This document shows positions 1 to 9,720 of a DNA stretch of 64,000 nt, in pieces (the stretch's first letter is position 1; the number at the start of each line of letters is the position of its first letter). The stretch spans positions 3,645 through 67,644 of the forward strand of contig CAZHVY010000013.1 in NCBI GenBank assembly GCA_964536305.1, read 5' to 3'. The translations under genes and the position numbers were made by a program. The notes beneath the pieces were generated by a model. The model made no database searches and was not told the origin of the DNA. It saw only the letters and a program-made list of their open reading frames with translations. This stretch comes from an uncultured Geobacter sp. Lineage in GTDB: Bacteria > Desulfobacterota > Desulfuromonadia > Geobacterales > Geobacteraceae.

Positions 1-80
1 GCGCCAGCGCCGCATCCGTAGCTCTTTCCAATTCATTTGCCTTTGGCGGCAATTCCACAACCCTGGTGGTGGCCATATGA
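1..80 (+). CDS. beta-ketoacyl synthase, C-terminal end (partial, continues left of window)
   Basis: The in-frame tail ...FAFGGNSTTLVVAI-stop matches the conserved GFGG-x-N C-terminal motif of ketosynthases. Its TGA overlaps the next ATG (ATGA). Confidence 0.5.
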   Translation, partial: ASAASVALSNSFAFGGNSTTLVVAI

Positions 81-1114
81 GCGGGTTCTGTACGGAAATC
101 GTAGTTACCGGACTTGCCTCCATAACAGCGGCCGGGGTAGGACTGGAACCCCTCACGGAGACAATCGTCTCCCGGGTGACCGCCCTGAGGCCGATACCGC
201 CGGACGTTGCCGGGGAGGAAGGCCATTTGTGGGGGAGGGCGGAATGTTTTCGCGCTTCGGACTTCATGCCTCCCCTGAAGGCCCGGAAATTCGACAGGTG
301 CAGCCTCTTTGCGGTTGTGGCGGCCGGCATGGCCCTTCGTGACGCGGCCCTGGACCCCGCCGTTGTTGGCAGTGAGAGAATCGGCATTGTTCTTGGATGC
401 GGCTTCGGGGGAATCGCCAATTCCGAGGAGTTTCTTCGCGGATACCTGATCCGGGGAAACGACGGTCTGGCGCCCATGCTCTTCCCCAATACCGTTCCCA
501 ATGCCCCCGCGAGCAACGCATCCATCGAGCATGGCCTCAAGGGTCCGAATGTCAGCTATGTCCAGCGTTTCTGTTCCGCGGAGTCCGCCTTCCAGATGGC
601 GTGCCGCTTCCTGGAGGAAGATCGCGCGGACGTGGTATTGACCGGGGGGGTTGACGAGCTCAACCCGGTCATGATCCGCGCCTTTCGGGATATGGGGCAA
701 CTGCGCCGCCATGGGAGAGGATTCGGTGAAGGCGCCGGGATCCTGGTGCTGGAAAAGGGTGAGTCGGCCCGAAGGCGCGGGGCTCTGATCAGGGCGGAGG
801 TTGATGCTATCCGTACCATCGGACGCCTTCTCCCCGGACGCGAATCCGAAGGGCTGGACCGGCTCGCGGGTGGGAATGCTATCCCGTCGCGGATTTCCCT
901 GTCCGGATCGGCCGGAGGGTTGCCCGCTCTCCTGGAACGCCTGCCGCCTGTCCCGCGCCTGGAAATCTCGGAGCTCCTTGGCCGTTCCCTCGCCATGGGA
1001 GGGACGGCGCTGGTTTCTCTCATCCTTGCTTCATCGCCAAGTGAAGCCGTATCCCATTATGCGGCGTCACCAGAGGGCCCATTCTATGGAATCGACATCA
1101 CCCGCGCGGAATAA
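77..1114 (+). CDS. ketosynthase-like protein (short, chain-length-factor-like KS partner)
   Basis: 345 aa with thiolase-fold KS signatures (IVVTGLASITAAG, FCSAESAFQMACRFL..DVVLTGGVDE, GEGAGILVLE). It is too short for a full KAS I/II and is translationally coupled to the upstream KS. Confidence 0.65.
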   Translation: MSGFCTEIVVTGLASITAAGVGLEPLTETIVSRVTALRPIPPDVAGEEGHLWGRAECFRASDFMPPLKARKFDRCSLFAVVAAGMALRDAALDPAVVGSERIGIVLGCGFGGIANSEEFLRGYLIRGNDGLAPMLFPNTVPNAPASNASIEHGLKGPNVSYVQRFCSAESAFQMACRFLEEDRADVVLTGGVDELNPVMIRAFRDMGQLRRHGRGFGEGAGILVLEKGESARRRGALIRAEVDAIRTIGRLLPGRESEGLDRLAGGNAIPSRISLSGSAGGLPALLERLPPVPRLEISELLGRSLAMGGTALVSLILASSPSEAVSHYAASPEGPFYGIDITRAE

Positions 1115-1499
1115 CCTTGAGTCCGCCCCGGCGGCATATCTTCCCCATCGCGCGCCCTTTCTTTTCATTGATAGTATTTTGTCACTTGATTCCGGCAGGC
1201 AGGCCTCCGGAGTAAAATGTGTAACGCACGAAACCGGTCAATATCCCGGGGTGTTTCTGCTGGAGTCCATAGCGCAGTTGGGGGGCATTGCCGCCGCTGA
1301 AAAGGGTGGCGAGGGAGGCTTTCTGGCGGCGGTGGACCGCGCGCGATTTCATCGACCGGTCCAGCCTGGAGATCGAATCATGATATCAGTGCGTATTGTG
1401 AAGACATTCGGCAGACTGTATCTCCTGGAGGGAGAGGCTCGCGTTGATGACCAACTGCTGGCAACGGCGGACCTGACCCTGGGCATGGGGATGCTCTGA
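1086..1499 (+). CDS. FabA/FabZ-like hotdog-fold 3-hydroxyacyl-ACP dehydratase
   Basis: LPHRAPFLFIDSI...GVFLLESIAQLGG...RFHRPVQPGDRI is the typical FabZ-family pattern. I chose the ATG at 1086, which overlaps the KS-like stop. The longer track ORF from 801 lies inside the previous gene. Confidence 0.7.
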   Translation: MESTSPARNNLESAPAAYLPHRAPFLFIDSILSLDSGRQASGVKCVTHETGQYPGVFLLESIAQLGGIAAAEKGGEGGFLAAVDRARFHRPVQPGDRIMISVRIVKTFGRLYLLEGEARVDDQLLATADLTLGMGML

Positions 1500-1533
1500 G
1501 GGTGTTGGGGATTTTATGTAAAGGACTCTTTCC

Positions 1534-2151
1534 ATGTTTCTGAAGAAGCTGTTTCTGATTCCACTCTTCATTACCCTTGTTCACCTGCCCCACGACGCAT
1601 CCGCTTCATCCATGACCGGGGTGGAAGGCCTGGAATTCCTGCGCCGCGCCTTTGTTGGAGTGAACGACTTTTCCGCGGAAATAACCCAGGAAAAACAGCT
1701 TTCTCTTATGAAAAAAAAGATGACGGCCAGCGGAAAGGTTCTTTTCAGGAAGCCTGACGCCTTCTTCATGGAACTCCATGCCCCATATGCAAGCCGTATC
1801 CTTCTCAAGGATTCCACCCTGACTCTCAGGCTTCCCGATGAAGGTGCGCGGCAGAATATTGCGTTGCCGCCGGAACAGGGGCTTGGCAGGTGGCTCGGCT
1901 TTCTGGAACGGCCGGTAAAGGGTCTTCCCGAAGGATTCGAGGTGCGGGCGGAGAGGCGGGGAGGAACGGTTACGGTCGGGATAATCCCCCGGAAAAAAGG
2001 GGCGATGAGAGAGATCAAGGTTTCATTGTGGCGGGACGGACGCCTGAAGAGTCTCGTGCTGGAGGAAAACAATGGCGACAGGACCGTCATCAACTTTCAT
2101 CGCATGAAAAAGAATGCCGGTCTGACGGATGCGGATTTCCGCTTGGACTGA
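1534..2151 (+). CDS. LolA-like outer-membrane lipoprotein carrier family protein (secreted)
   Basis: N-terminal signal peptide (MFLKKLFLIPLFITLVHLPHDASA). Size and position after KS/dehydratase genes match aryl-polyene-type lipid clusters. The call rests mainly on context. Confidence 0.5.
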   Translation: MFLKKLFLIPLFITLVHLPHDASASSMTGVEGLEFLRRAFVGVNDFSAEITQEKQLSLMKKKMTASGKVLFRKPDAFFMELHAPYASRILLKDSTLTLRLPDEGARQNIALPPEQGLGRWLGFLERPVKGLPEGFEVRAERRGGTVTVGIIPRKKGAMREIKVSLWRDGRLKSLVLEENNGDRTVINFHRMKKNAGLTDADFRLD

Positions 2152-2186
2152 ATGGAAGCCATAAGTCCGGCGCCCCGAAAATATCC

Positions 2187-3611
2187 TTATTGAATCGCTG
2201 TCGTAATTTCGGCGCCTTTCTTTACCTCCCGTACAGGCGCTTCCGGCTCAGCCATGGTCACGTCCTCCGGAACACCGGATTTCCTTCGCAATAAAGCCCG
2301 CACCTTGTCCCAGTCAACCCTGTCTTCGGCGTTGTGAATGTTGATCTGTTCTTTGGCGGCGGCTTCCATGTTCTTGATGCGGCTGTAGGCGTCCGCATGG
2401 ACCTCCATAAACACACGGCCGTCATCGGAAAGGGCGACCTTGACTGGCTGGTAGATAATCTCTCCACCGGTGTTCACCCGGATGATGGGGAATATTTCTT
2501 CTATCCTGGCCGGATGGACCCGGATGCAGCCATGACTGCTGAAGGTATTGATGCTGCTCGGACGCGTTGTCCCGTGGATAAGAATGCCCGACATGGTTGT
2601 CTTCAATGCGTACCTGCCCAGCGGGTTTTTCTTCCCGGGCGGCACATGGGTAATAACGGTCTTTCCTCTTTCCTTCATTTCCCTCTGAATGGATGGCGGT
2701 ACGAACCAGGTGGGATCCTTTACCTTGGAGGTAATTCTGAACCTTCCGGTCGGGGTCTGCCATTTCGCCCATTTGGCGTTTTGCTTCATGCCCAGGCCCA
2801 CCGGCACCGCCTTTTCCAGCTTTTTGTCACGGAACAGATACAGAGTGCGGTCCGGGATATTGATCACTATTCCTTCCCCGCGGGTCTTGGGTACAATCCG
2901 CAGGGTGTTGATGCGCAGCTTCTGCCCCGCCTTGAGCGGTTTCGACGGTTCAAGGCCGTTGTCCCTGGCGATTTTCCGCCAATCGACCCCGAGTTTTGCC
3001 CCCAGTGAACGCAATGACTGGCTGCTTTTCACGGTATAGACCCTTTTTTCTCCGATAATCAGGCTTGAGGTTATTGGCCCGTCTTTTTCATCGTCTTCCA
3101 TATCATCCGGAGGTGAAGGCGAAACAGCCTGATCCGCAGGATCGGCAGACCCGGGTGTTTCGGGCTGACCGCTGTCAATGGCTGCTGGCGTTGTTAAGGC
3201 CGGCTGGGTGGATGGTCTGTCTGGAGTCCGGGAAGGTTCAGGAGCGGGGACTTTACCCGGTACTGTATCGTTGCGCCTGTTGTCGGCCGGAGACGCCGCG
3301 GCTGGCTGATCCCCGTTTGCCGATGGCATCCCTAGTTCCCGCGCCTTTTTTTCATACAGTGATGATTTCAGAAGGGCAAGTTCATACAGTTTGCCAGCTT
3401 CATCGTTCCTTTTCTGTCCGGAAAGGCTTTCCGCCCTGGAGTAAGTTTCAAGGATACTGGCGTATTCCGCGGCCAGGGAAGGCGGAGGCGGGTATTTTCC
3501 GATGGCTTGAATGGCTGACAGAGCTTCTTTCCGGTATTGTCGAGCATCGGCAAGGCAGGCGGAAACGGCGACAAGGGAAAAGAGCAAAGCAAATACGGAT
3601 GCAAGGCGCAT
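2187..3611 (-). CDS. L,D-transpeptidase (YkuD domain) with LysM domain and Pro-rich linker
   Basis: Catalytic SSHGCIRVH motif; LysM-like YTVKSSQSLRSLGAKLGVDWRKIARDNGL; signal/lipobox-like N-terminus MRLASVFALLFSLVAVSAC. I preferred the ATG at 3611 over the TTG at 3629. Confidence 0.85.
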   Translation of the reverse strand: MRLASVFALLFSLVAVSACLADARQYRKEALSAIQAIGKYPPPPSLAAEYASILETYSRAESLSGQKRNDEAGKLYELALLKSSLYEKKARELGMPSANGDQPAAASPADNRRNDTVPGKVPAPEPSRTPDRPSTQPALTTPAAIDSGQPETPGSADPADQAVSPSPPDDMEDDEKDGPITSSLIIGEKRVYTVKSSQSLRSLGAKLGVDWRKIARDNGLEPSKPLKAGQKLRINTLRIVPKTRGEGIVINIPDRTLYLFRDKKLEKAVPVGLGMKQNAKWAKWQTPTGRFRITSKVKDPTWFVPPSIQREMKERGKTVITHVPPGKKNPLGRYALKTTMSGILIHGTTRPSSINTFSSHGCIRVHPARIEEIFPIIRVNTGGEIIYQPVKVALSDDGRVFMEVHADAYSRIKNMEAAAKEQINIHNAEDRVDWDKVRALLRRKSGVPEDVTMAEPEAPVREVKKGAEITTAIQ

Positions 3612-3935
3612 TGGGTTACCTTTTTCCAATTGATAGATTCAGGGATGCGTGTGGTTTCATGTCCCTTTTCCGCCGGAATCAGAAAGGTGGTTGCGTGTCC
3701 GGTCGCGGCAGAGCTGTGATAATAGCAAAAAGTCTCTAAAATGCAACGCAAAAGCCCTCGAAAAGGGAAGACGCGCGCCATTCCGGGTATCGCATGGAGA
3801 TGCGCTGTAAGGTGCCGGACTTCCCGGAAAAAATGCTTTCGAACTTACCGCGGGCAGTATATACTGAAAGGCCTTTTTGTATTCAGTGCCCAGACAGGAT
3901 TGCGCGGTTTTCAGGAGATGCGGCGGTCGTGAAGG

Positions 3936-3970
3936 AAACGGCCGGGCCGGGTTCCAGGGCCGTTTTTTTC
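3936..3970 (+). terminator. intrinsic-terminator-like hairpin plus T7 run, 27 nt upstream of gspA
   Basis: aaacggcc-N14-ggccgttt followed by tttttttc. It is oriented for the + strand only. It lies 4 nt after the stop of a 63-aa basic ORF (3741-3932). Confidence 0.45.
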
Positions 3971-3996
3971 ACGCGGCATACGGCGGGGAGCACAGC

Positions 3997-5628
3997 ATGT
4001 ATTGTAACTACTTCGGTTTCCGGGAAAAGCCATTCACCATTACTCCCAACCCCCAATTCATATTTCTCAGCAAAAACCACAAAGAGGCGTTTGCCCATCT
4101 TCTCTATGGTATCGATAATCACGCCGGTTTCATCGAGCTGACCGGCGAGGTAGGCACAGGCAAGACCACGGTCCTGAGAACCCTTCTCAACCAGCTGGAC
4201 AGCGACAACTACCGGACTGCTCTCATCTTCAACCCTTCCCTTTCAGCGCTGGAGCTCCTGCGGAACATCAATCATGAATACGGAATTTCCTCTGAAGACG
4301 AGCTGAGTTCCAGGCTTCTTGATACCTTGAACCGCTTCCTTCTCCGGGAAAACGCCGAGGGACGGACAGTTGTTCTGGTCATTGACGAGGCGCAGAATCT
4401 CGAACCCCAGGTCCTTGAGCAGATACGCCTCATCTCCAACCTGGAGACGGAACGGGACAAGCTTATCCAGATTGTTCTGGTGGGCCAGCCCGAGCTCCGG
4501 GAGAAGCTGCGGCGCACCGAGCTCCGCCAGCTGAGCCAGCGCATAATGGTCCGCTATCACCTGTGCCCGATGGATTATGATGATACGGCGGAGTATGTCG
4601 CTCACCGCCTTGAAGTGGCCGCCGGGCGCCAACTTGATATCTTCACGCCGGGCGCATTGAAAGAGATCTACCGCTTCTCCGGGGGCCTTCCCCGCCTGAT
4701 CAACGTCGTATGCGACAGGGCGCTTCTTGTTGCCTATACGAAAAACGCCCGTGAGATAACCTCAGGCATGGCATCCGCCTCAATCGCCGATGTCAGGAAG
4801 GAGGATGCCCCATCCCCCCACCGGAAGATCATGCGTTACGCTGGAATGGCCGCTGTCGCCGTTCTGGCCGTTATCGGCCTTTACAGCTTGATACGAGGAC
4901 TTCCGGGCGCAATCGTCACTTCAGGCGCCGGAGACGTGTCCCGGACAGGGGAGCGTGACGCGCCTCGAGACGAGCCGCCATCCTTTGAAAAGATGCGTGT
5001 GGCTCTGGCGAAGCAGACCGAGGGTGAGAGCGCCGTCGCCGCCTTCAACGCCCTGAGCCGCGCCTGGGGCGTTCAGCCGTTGGCGCCCGGAGCAGCCGGC
5101 GGTTTTGTTGGTCTGGAAGAGCTTGCCGCCCGAAGCGGTTTCCGCGTTTCCCGTTTTACGGGAAATATGGGCGCCCTGCTTCGCATGGACTACCCGGCGA
5201 TTCTGGAGATGACCATCCAGGGAGGAGGGAGGCGTTACGTAGCTCTTCTTGGAGTGGAAGGGAGGCGCCTGATTCTTTCGCCTCCTTTTTCCGGAGGCCC
5301 ACCGGTCAGCGCCGTAGAAGTCGAGGGGATATGGTCCGGCCGCGGCTACCTTCCATGGAAGAACAGCCTGAACATTTCGACGGTTAACAAAGTCGGGACC
5401 AGGGGGGAATCCGTCCGTACCCTCAAGAAACTGCTTCGGGGGGCGGGCGCTTACCGGGGCCCTCTGGACGATGTATTCGATGAGGCATCGATGGAGGCCG
5501 TACGCCGTTTTCAGGTCGCAAACGGTCTGCAGCCCGACGGCAAGGTCGGCAGTCAGACCCTGCTTCTGCTGTATCGCGCGGGAGGAATATCCGCCGCTCC
5601 CAGACTCGTGAAGAAAGGGGAATCGTGA
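3997..5628 (+). CDS. gspA: ExeA/GspA-type AAA ATPase with C-terminal peptidoglycan-binding domain
   Basis: N-terminus YFGFREKPFTITPNPQFIF; Walker A GEVGTGKTT; Walker B VLVIDEAQ; a TM segment; C-terminal PG_binding_1-like VRTLKKLL..AVRRFQVANGLQPDGKVGSQT. The ATG at 3997 is preferred over the track start at 3877. Confidence 0.85.
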   Translation: MYCNYFGFREKPFTITPNPQFIFLSKNHKEAFAHLLYGIDNHAGFIELTGEVGTGKTTVLRTLLNQLDSDNYRTALIFNPSLSALELLRNINHEYGISSEDELSSRLLDTLNRFLLRENAEGRTVVLVIDEAQNLEPQVLEQIRLISNLETERDKLIQIVLVGQPELREKLRRTELRQLSQRIMVRYHLCPMDYDDTAEYVAHRLEVAAGRQLDIFTPGALKEIYRFSGGLPRLINVVCDRALLVAYTKNAREITSGMASASIADVRKEDAPSPHRKIMRYAGMAAVAVLAVIGLYSLIRGLPGAIVTSGAGDVSRTGERDAPRDEPPSFEKMRVALAKQTEGESAVAAFNALSRAWGVQPLAPGAAGGFVGLEELAARSGFRVSRFTGNMGALLRMDYPAILEMTIQGGGRRYVALLGVEGRRLILSPPFSGGPPVSAVEVEGIWSGRGYLPWKNSLNISTVNKVGTRGESVRTLKKLLRGAGAYRGPLDDVFDEASMEAVRRFQVANGLQPDGKVGSQTLLLLYRAGGISAAPRLVKKGES

Positions 5629-5632
5629 CCGT

Positions 5633-6301
5633 ATGAGTTTCATACTGGATGCGCTGAAGAAACTGGAGAAGGAAAAGGCCGCCCGCGGAGGCGGAAACGT
5701 TAATATTTCAGACGGAATACTCAGAAATGATTATCGTAGTGGCGGCCGGAGGGGAAGGCGGACGGCGCCGTTTATTGCTGTTGCCGGAGGGATCTTTTTT
5801 CTGGCGCTGATCCTGGTCGCGGCGGGGTTTTTCCTGTGGCGGGATCGCAACGGCGAGAGCGAAAGGATGAGTACCGCCGGGGATGCGAACGTACAGGCGG
5901 GAGCGACGGCTTTTCCTGAACCGTCTCCGCCCGCGTCTCCGGCGCCGGTTGTCAGGGAGTCGCCTCCAGCGCCGGCGCCTTCGGCTCCTCCCGCATCTCC
6001 CGCTCCGTCCCCTGCCGCCCCGGTCGAATCAGCCCCGCGGCCTTCGCCGGTCGCCGTGGGCGAAAGCGTCGGCGAGACACAGCAGGCCGGAGCGCCAACG
6101 GGGAACTCGCCGGTTGTTTCAGGGATTGCCTGGCAGGAGGACCGCTCCTCCCGAAGAGCGGTGGTAAATGGAGTCCTTGTCTCGGAAGGAAAAATGGCGG
6201 GTGGAGCGAAGGTCGTGGAAATTAAGCAGAGCAGCGTGAGGTTTTCCGCCAACGGACGCACCTTTGAGGTTACCATTTCCTCGCCTGTTGTGGGGAGGTG
6301 A
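5633..6301 (+). CDS. gspB: GspB/ExeB-like protein (single TM, Pro/Ala-rich periplasmic linker)
   Basis: The N-terminus MSFILDALKKLEKEKA resembles the conserved GspB start. It has one TM segment and sits immediately downstream of gspA. Confidence 0.55.
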   Translation: MSFILDALKKLEKEKAARGGGNVNISDGILRNDYRSGGRRGRRTAPFIAVAGGIFFLALILVAAGFFLWRDRNGESERMSTAGDANVQAGATAFPEPSPPASPAPVVRESPPAPAPSAPPASPAPSPAAPVESAPRPSPVAVGESVGETQQAGAPTGNSPVVSGIAWQEDRSSRRAVVNGVLVSEGKMAGGAKVVEIKQSSVRFSANGRTFEVTISSPVVGR

Positions 6302-6327
6302 GAGGCCATTTTCTGGGGCGTTCCGGG

Positions 6328-7953
6328 TTAAAACAGCTTTTCAGGGTCGAGAATGAATACCACCTGACCGTCGCCGAGGATGGCGCAACCGTAGATTCCC
6401 TCCATCTTGTTCAGCGGCCTGCCGACCGGTTTTACAAACACGTCCTGCCGTCCCACGAAGCGATCGACGACGAGTCCCGTCTTTCGCCCCCGACGCTCTA
6501 CCAGCACCGCCGGTATCCCTGGCGAGCGCATGGGAGCGAAGTGAAGGCCGAGAATGCGATGGAGGCTTGCAAGGGGTACCTCCTCCCCTCCGAGCCGGAA
6601 CAGCTTTTTCCTGTCGCTGGTTATTATGTCGGAGCGCCTGATGTCGATGGTGCGGATCACCTTCGTGACGGGAAAGGCGACGGTCAGACCGGAGCAGACT
6701 ACCAGCAGGACCGGGATTATGGCCATGGACAGGGGAAGGGAGAGGAGAAAGCGGCTTCCCTTTCCCGGCTCGGAATCGATGGTGAGTTTTCCTCCCAGTG
6801 ACTGGAGGGAGGTCTTTACCACATCCATGCCCACACCCCTGCCGGAGACATCCGAAACGCGGCCTGCCGTGGAAAAACCCGGAGCGCAGATGATTTCCAA
6901 CGCCTGGCGCCGTGTCATGCGCCGTGCATCTTCCTTTTTCAAAAGACCTTTCGAGATGGCTGATGCGACAAGCCTGGCCGGGTCCATCCCGCGGCCGTCG
7001 TCTGATATTTCAATCAGGGCGTGGTTTCTGTCCCTGGACACCTGTATTGTTATCTCTCCCTGGCGCGGCTTGCCCGCCGCCTGCCGTTCTTCGGCTGGCT
7101 CCAGGCCGTGGTCTACCGCATTGCGCAGGATATGGAGAATGGGGTCGGCAAGTCCCTCCAGGATGCCCCTGTCCATCTCCAGCTCCCTGCCTGTCATGCG
7201 CAGGGCCGCTTCCTTGCCGGAAACCTTGGCCAGGTCACGCACCACCCTCGGATACCGGTCCGCTATGGCGCCGAAGGGCATCAAACGGACCTTCATCACC
7301 TCGTCATGAAGGACCCTCAGGAGCCGGGAAAGGTCGGCGACCGCTGAATCCAGCAGCGGGGCGTTCAGCTCCCGGGCGATATTTTCGATCCTGTTTTTAT
7401 TTGTTACAAGTTCGCCGGTAACATTTATGAGGTTGTCCAGCACTCCTGTGCGGACCCGTACCGTCCTGTGGGAATCTCCCCCGGCAGGTGGGCGGGGCGC
7501 TTCCATCACCACATGGCCGCTGTCAGCGGCAGGCTCTTCACTGTTGCTCTTTTCCCCGGACGGAGCGCTGGAAGGCGCCTGAACGAACAGGGCCAGTTTC
7601 TCTTTGATCTCCGTGATGTCTCCGCTTCCCGAGCCTCCGGCTTCCACATCACGCACCAGGGCCGTGAGGAGGTCCGTTCCCTCCAGAAGGAGGTCCGAGG
7701 TCAATGGGCTGAAGCGGAAGGCGCCGTCGCGCACCTTGTGCATGAGATCTTCCAGGGCATGGGCCAGTTCGGCTATATCAGCGTACCCCATGGATGCGCC
7801 CATGCCCTTGATGGAGTGGGCCATCCTGAACAGGTTGTCTACCGACTGACGGTTGTCCGGTTCCTCTTCAAGGGTCACGGCCAGGTCCGCCATCTCTTTC
7901 AGGTGTTCTATGGTTTCGGCGACAAAGAGTTCCTTGTACTGGGACATGTCCAT
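6328..7953 (-). CDS. cheA: chemotaxis histidine kinase CheA (short form: Hpt-dimerisation-HATPase-CheW-like)
   Basis: Hpt motif FRMAHSIKG; HATPase boxes RNAVDHG, DDGRGMD, GRGVGMDVV; C-terminal CheW-like domain. Confidence 0.9.
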   Translation of the reverse strand: MDMSQYKELFVAETIEHLKEMADLAVTLEEEPDNRQSVDNLFRMAHSIKGMGASMGYADIAELAHALEDLMHKVRDGAFRFSPLTSDLLLEGTDLLTALVRDVEAGGSGSGDITEIKEKLALFVQAPSSAPSGEKSNSEEPAADSGHVVMEAPRPPAGGDSHRTVRVRTGVLDNLINVTGELVTNKNRIENIARELNAPLLDSAVADLSRLLRVLHDEVMKVRLMPFGAIADRYPRVVRDLAKVSGKEAALRMTGRELEMDRGILEGLADPILHILRNAVDHGLEPAEERQAAGKPRQGEITIQVSRDRNHALIEISDDGRGMDPARLVASAISKGLLKKEDARRMTRRQALEIICAPGFSTAGRVSDVSGRGVGMDVVKTSLQSLGGKLTIDSEPGKGSRFLLSLPLSMAIIPVLLVVCSGLTVAFPVTKVIRTIDIRRSDIITSDRKKLFRLGGEEVPLASLHRILGLHFAPMRSPGIPAVLVERRGRKTGLVVDRFVGRQDVFVKPVGRPLNKMEGIYGCAILGDGQVVFILDPEKLF

Positions 7954-7965
7954 CAGTCTGTCCTC

Positions 7966-8427
7966 TTATGCGGGCGCGCCGGAGCGGCTGCCCGGCGCCG
8001 GCCGGCGCGACAGTTCCTGCTCCAGCATCTCCACAAGACGTTCCAGGTTCAGAGTGCGTATTGCGCTCTCATTGTAATAAATCGACCGGTCCGTCAGTCC
8101 ATTACCGGTATCGTCATCTTTCGCCGGTCCATCGGCGGATATTATCCGTTCCACCCGGTCGATCCTCAGGGCGAGGGTAGCCGTCCGGTGGTCCAGGATG
8201 AGCAGCGCGCCGTCCGGCGCCGGAGGATCTCCGTACAGGAATGATGCCAGATCCAGAACCGGCGTGGGGGCGCCGTGGGAATTGATGACACCGGGAAGGA
8301 ATGCCGGCGCTCTGGGAATGGGAAAGGTCCGGAAGTTTTCCATTACTTCAGATACATGGCCCAAGGGAATTGCCAGGCGTTCGCCCCGGAGAGCGGCGAC
8401 GATGAACCGGTCGCGGCCGCGGCTCAT
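7966..8427 (-). CDS. cheW: chemotaxis coupling protein CheW
   Basis: 153 aa with the CheW-like pattern ([21 protein letters not shown]...[22 protein letters not shown]). ATGA overlap with the MCP stop. Confidence 0.85.
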   Translation of the reverse strand: MSRGRDRFIVAALRGERLAIPLGHVSEVMENFRTFPIPRAPAFLPGVINSHGAPTPVLDLASFLYGDPPAPDGALLILDHRTATLALRIDRVERIISADGPAKDDDTGNGLTDRSIYYNESAIRTLNLERLVEMLEQELSRRPAPGSRSGAPA

Positions 8428-9704
8428 GGCGCGGTTTCTTCCCTGGGCGGCAGAGTGAAGCGCTCGACGCCTCTCATGAGTTCCCCGGCCAGGATAGCCA
8501 GGTCACGGGCTGCCTGCGCCATTTCCTGCATTGCCACCGCCTGCTCTTCGGTGGCGGCGGAGACTTGCTCCGTGGCCGCCGCGTTGTCTTCCGCCACCTT
8601 CGCGATCTCGTCCACGTTCCTGACCATCTGACCCGCGCCCTCGGTCTGCATGGCCGAAAGGTCGGCGATGCTGTTGGCTTTTCGTTCCGTTTCCATGACC
8701 GTGTCCACGATCTCCCTGAAGGACACGGCCGCGCTGTCGATATTCTTTTTCCCGTCGCCGATGCTCCTGGAGATCTCCAGGATTGTGTCCTGGAGACGAT
8801 GGCTTTCCTCCCTTATGCCGTTGATAAGCTCGACGATGTCTTCCGCGGACCTCCCCGTCCCTTCCGAAAGCTTTCTCACCTCTTCGCCGACCACCGCGAA
8901 GCCTTTGCCGTACTCTCCCGCGCGCGCCGCTTCGATGGATGCGTTCAGGGCGAGCATGTTTGTCTGGCGGGCGATGTCCGCTATGAAGTCCGCTATCTTT
9001 CCGACGCGTTGCAGTTTGGAGTTGAAGTCGATGAACTGCCGGCCGCTCTGTTCTACCCGATCGAAGAAAAAGCGCATCCTTTCCATGAGATCGTTTGCCT
9101 GTTCTCCCCCCTTTCGGGCGGTGACGCTTGTCTCCCTGGCGGCGCCCGCCGCTTCCCTGGCCCTCTTTGCCACCAGTTCGATGGATATGGCCATCTCGTG
9201 GATCACCTTTGAGCTTGCCGTTACCATGCCGGCCTGTCTTTCGGCGCCGGCGGAGATGGATTCCACGGCAATCGCCACCTCCTCGGTGGCGCCGTTGATC
9301 TCCAATGCGGATGAGGAAAGCATTTTCGCGGAGTCGGAAACCTTTTCCGCGATGGTTCGGATGGTCATGACCAGGTCGCGGAGGTTTTCCGTCATGCGGC
9401 TGATGGAGAATGCCATATCCATGGTTTCATCGGGGAAGCGGCTCTTGCGGGGCGTCAGGTCCCTGGTCAGGTCTCCCCTGCTTATGGCCTCGGCGGATTC
9501 GTTCAGGCGGGAGATATCGGCGGTGAATGTTTTGGAAAAAAACCAGCCAAGGATAAGCCCGACCGTGAGGGCGACCGCATAGCCGAGAATGTCGGAGGTT
9601 TCCGGAGAATAACCGAGCATCCGCACGAGCTTTGGTGAAAAGGCGACCGCCGCCACCACCACCACAAATCCGAGAATAAACTTGTATCCGATTGCGATGC
9701 GCAT
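8424..9704 (-). CDS. methyl-accepting chemotaxis protein (2 TM with almost no periplasmic domain, HAMP, signalling domain)
   Basis: Highly conserved MCP hairpin tip [35 protein letters not shown], with HAMP after the second TM. Confidence 0.9.
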   Translation of the reverse strand: MRIAIGYKFILGFVVVVAAVAFSPKLVRMLGYSPETSDILGYAVALTVGLILGWFFSKTFTADISRLNESAEAISRGDLTRDLTPRKSRFPDETMDMAFSISRMTENLRDLVMTIRTIAEKVSDSAKMLSSSALEINGATEEVAIAVESISAGAERQAGMVTASSKVIHEMAISIELVAKRAREAAGAARETSVTARKGGEQANDLMERMRFFFDRVEQSGRQFIDFNSKLQRVGKIADFIADIARQTNMLALNASIEAARAGEYGKGFAVVGEEVRKLSEGTGRSAEDIVELINGIREESHRLQDTILEISRSIGDGKKNIDSAAVSFREIVDTVMETERKANSIADLSAMQTEGAGQMVRNVDEIAKVAEDNAAATEQVSAATEEQAVAMQEMAQAARDLAILAGELMRGVERFTLPPREETAP

Positions 9705-9720
9705 GATTCACTCCTTTCAT

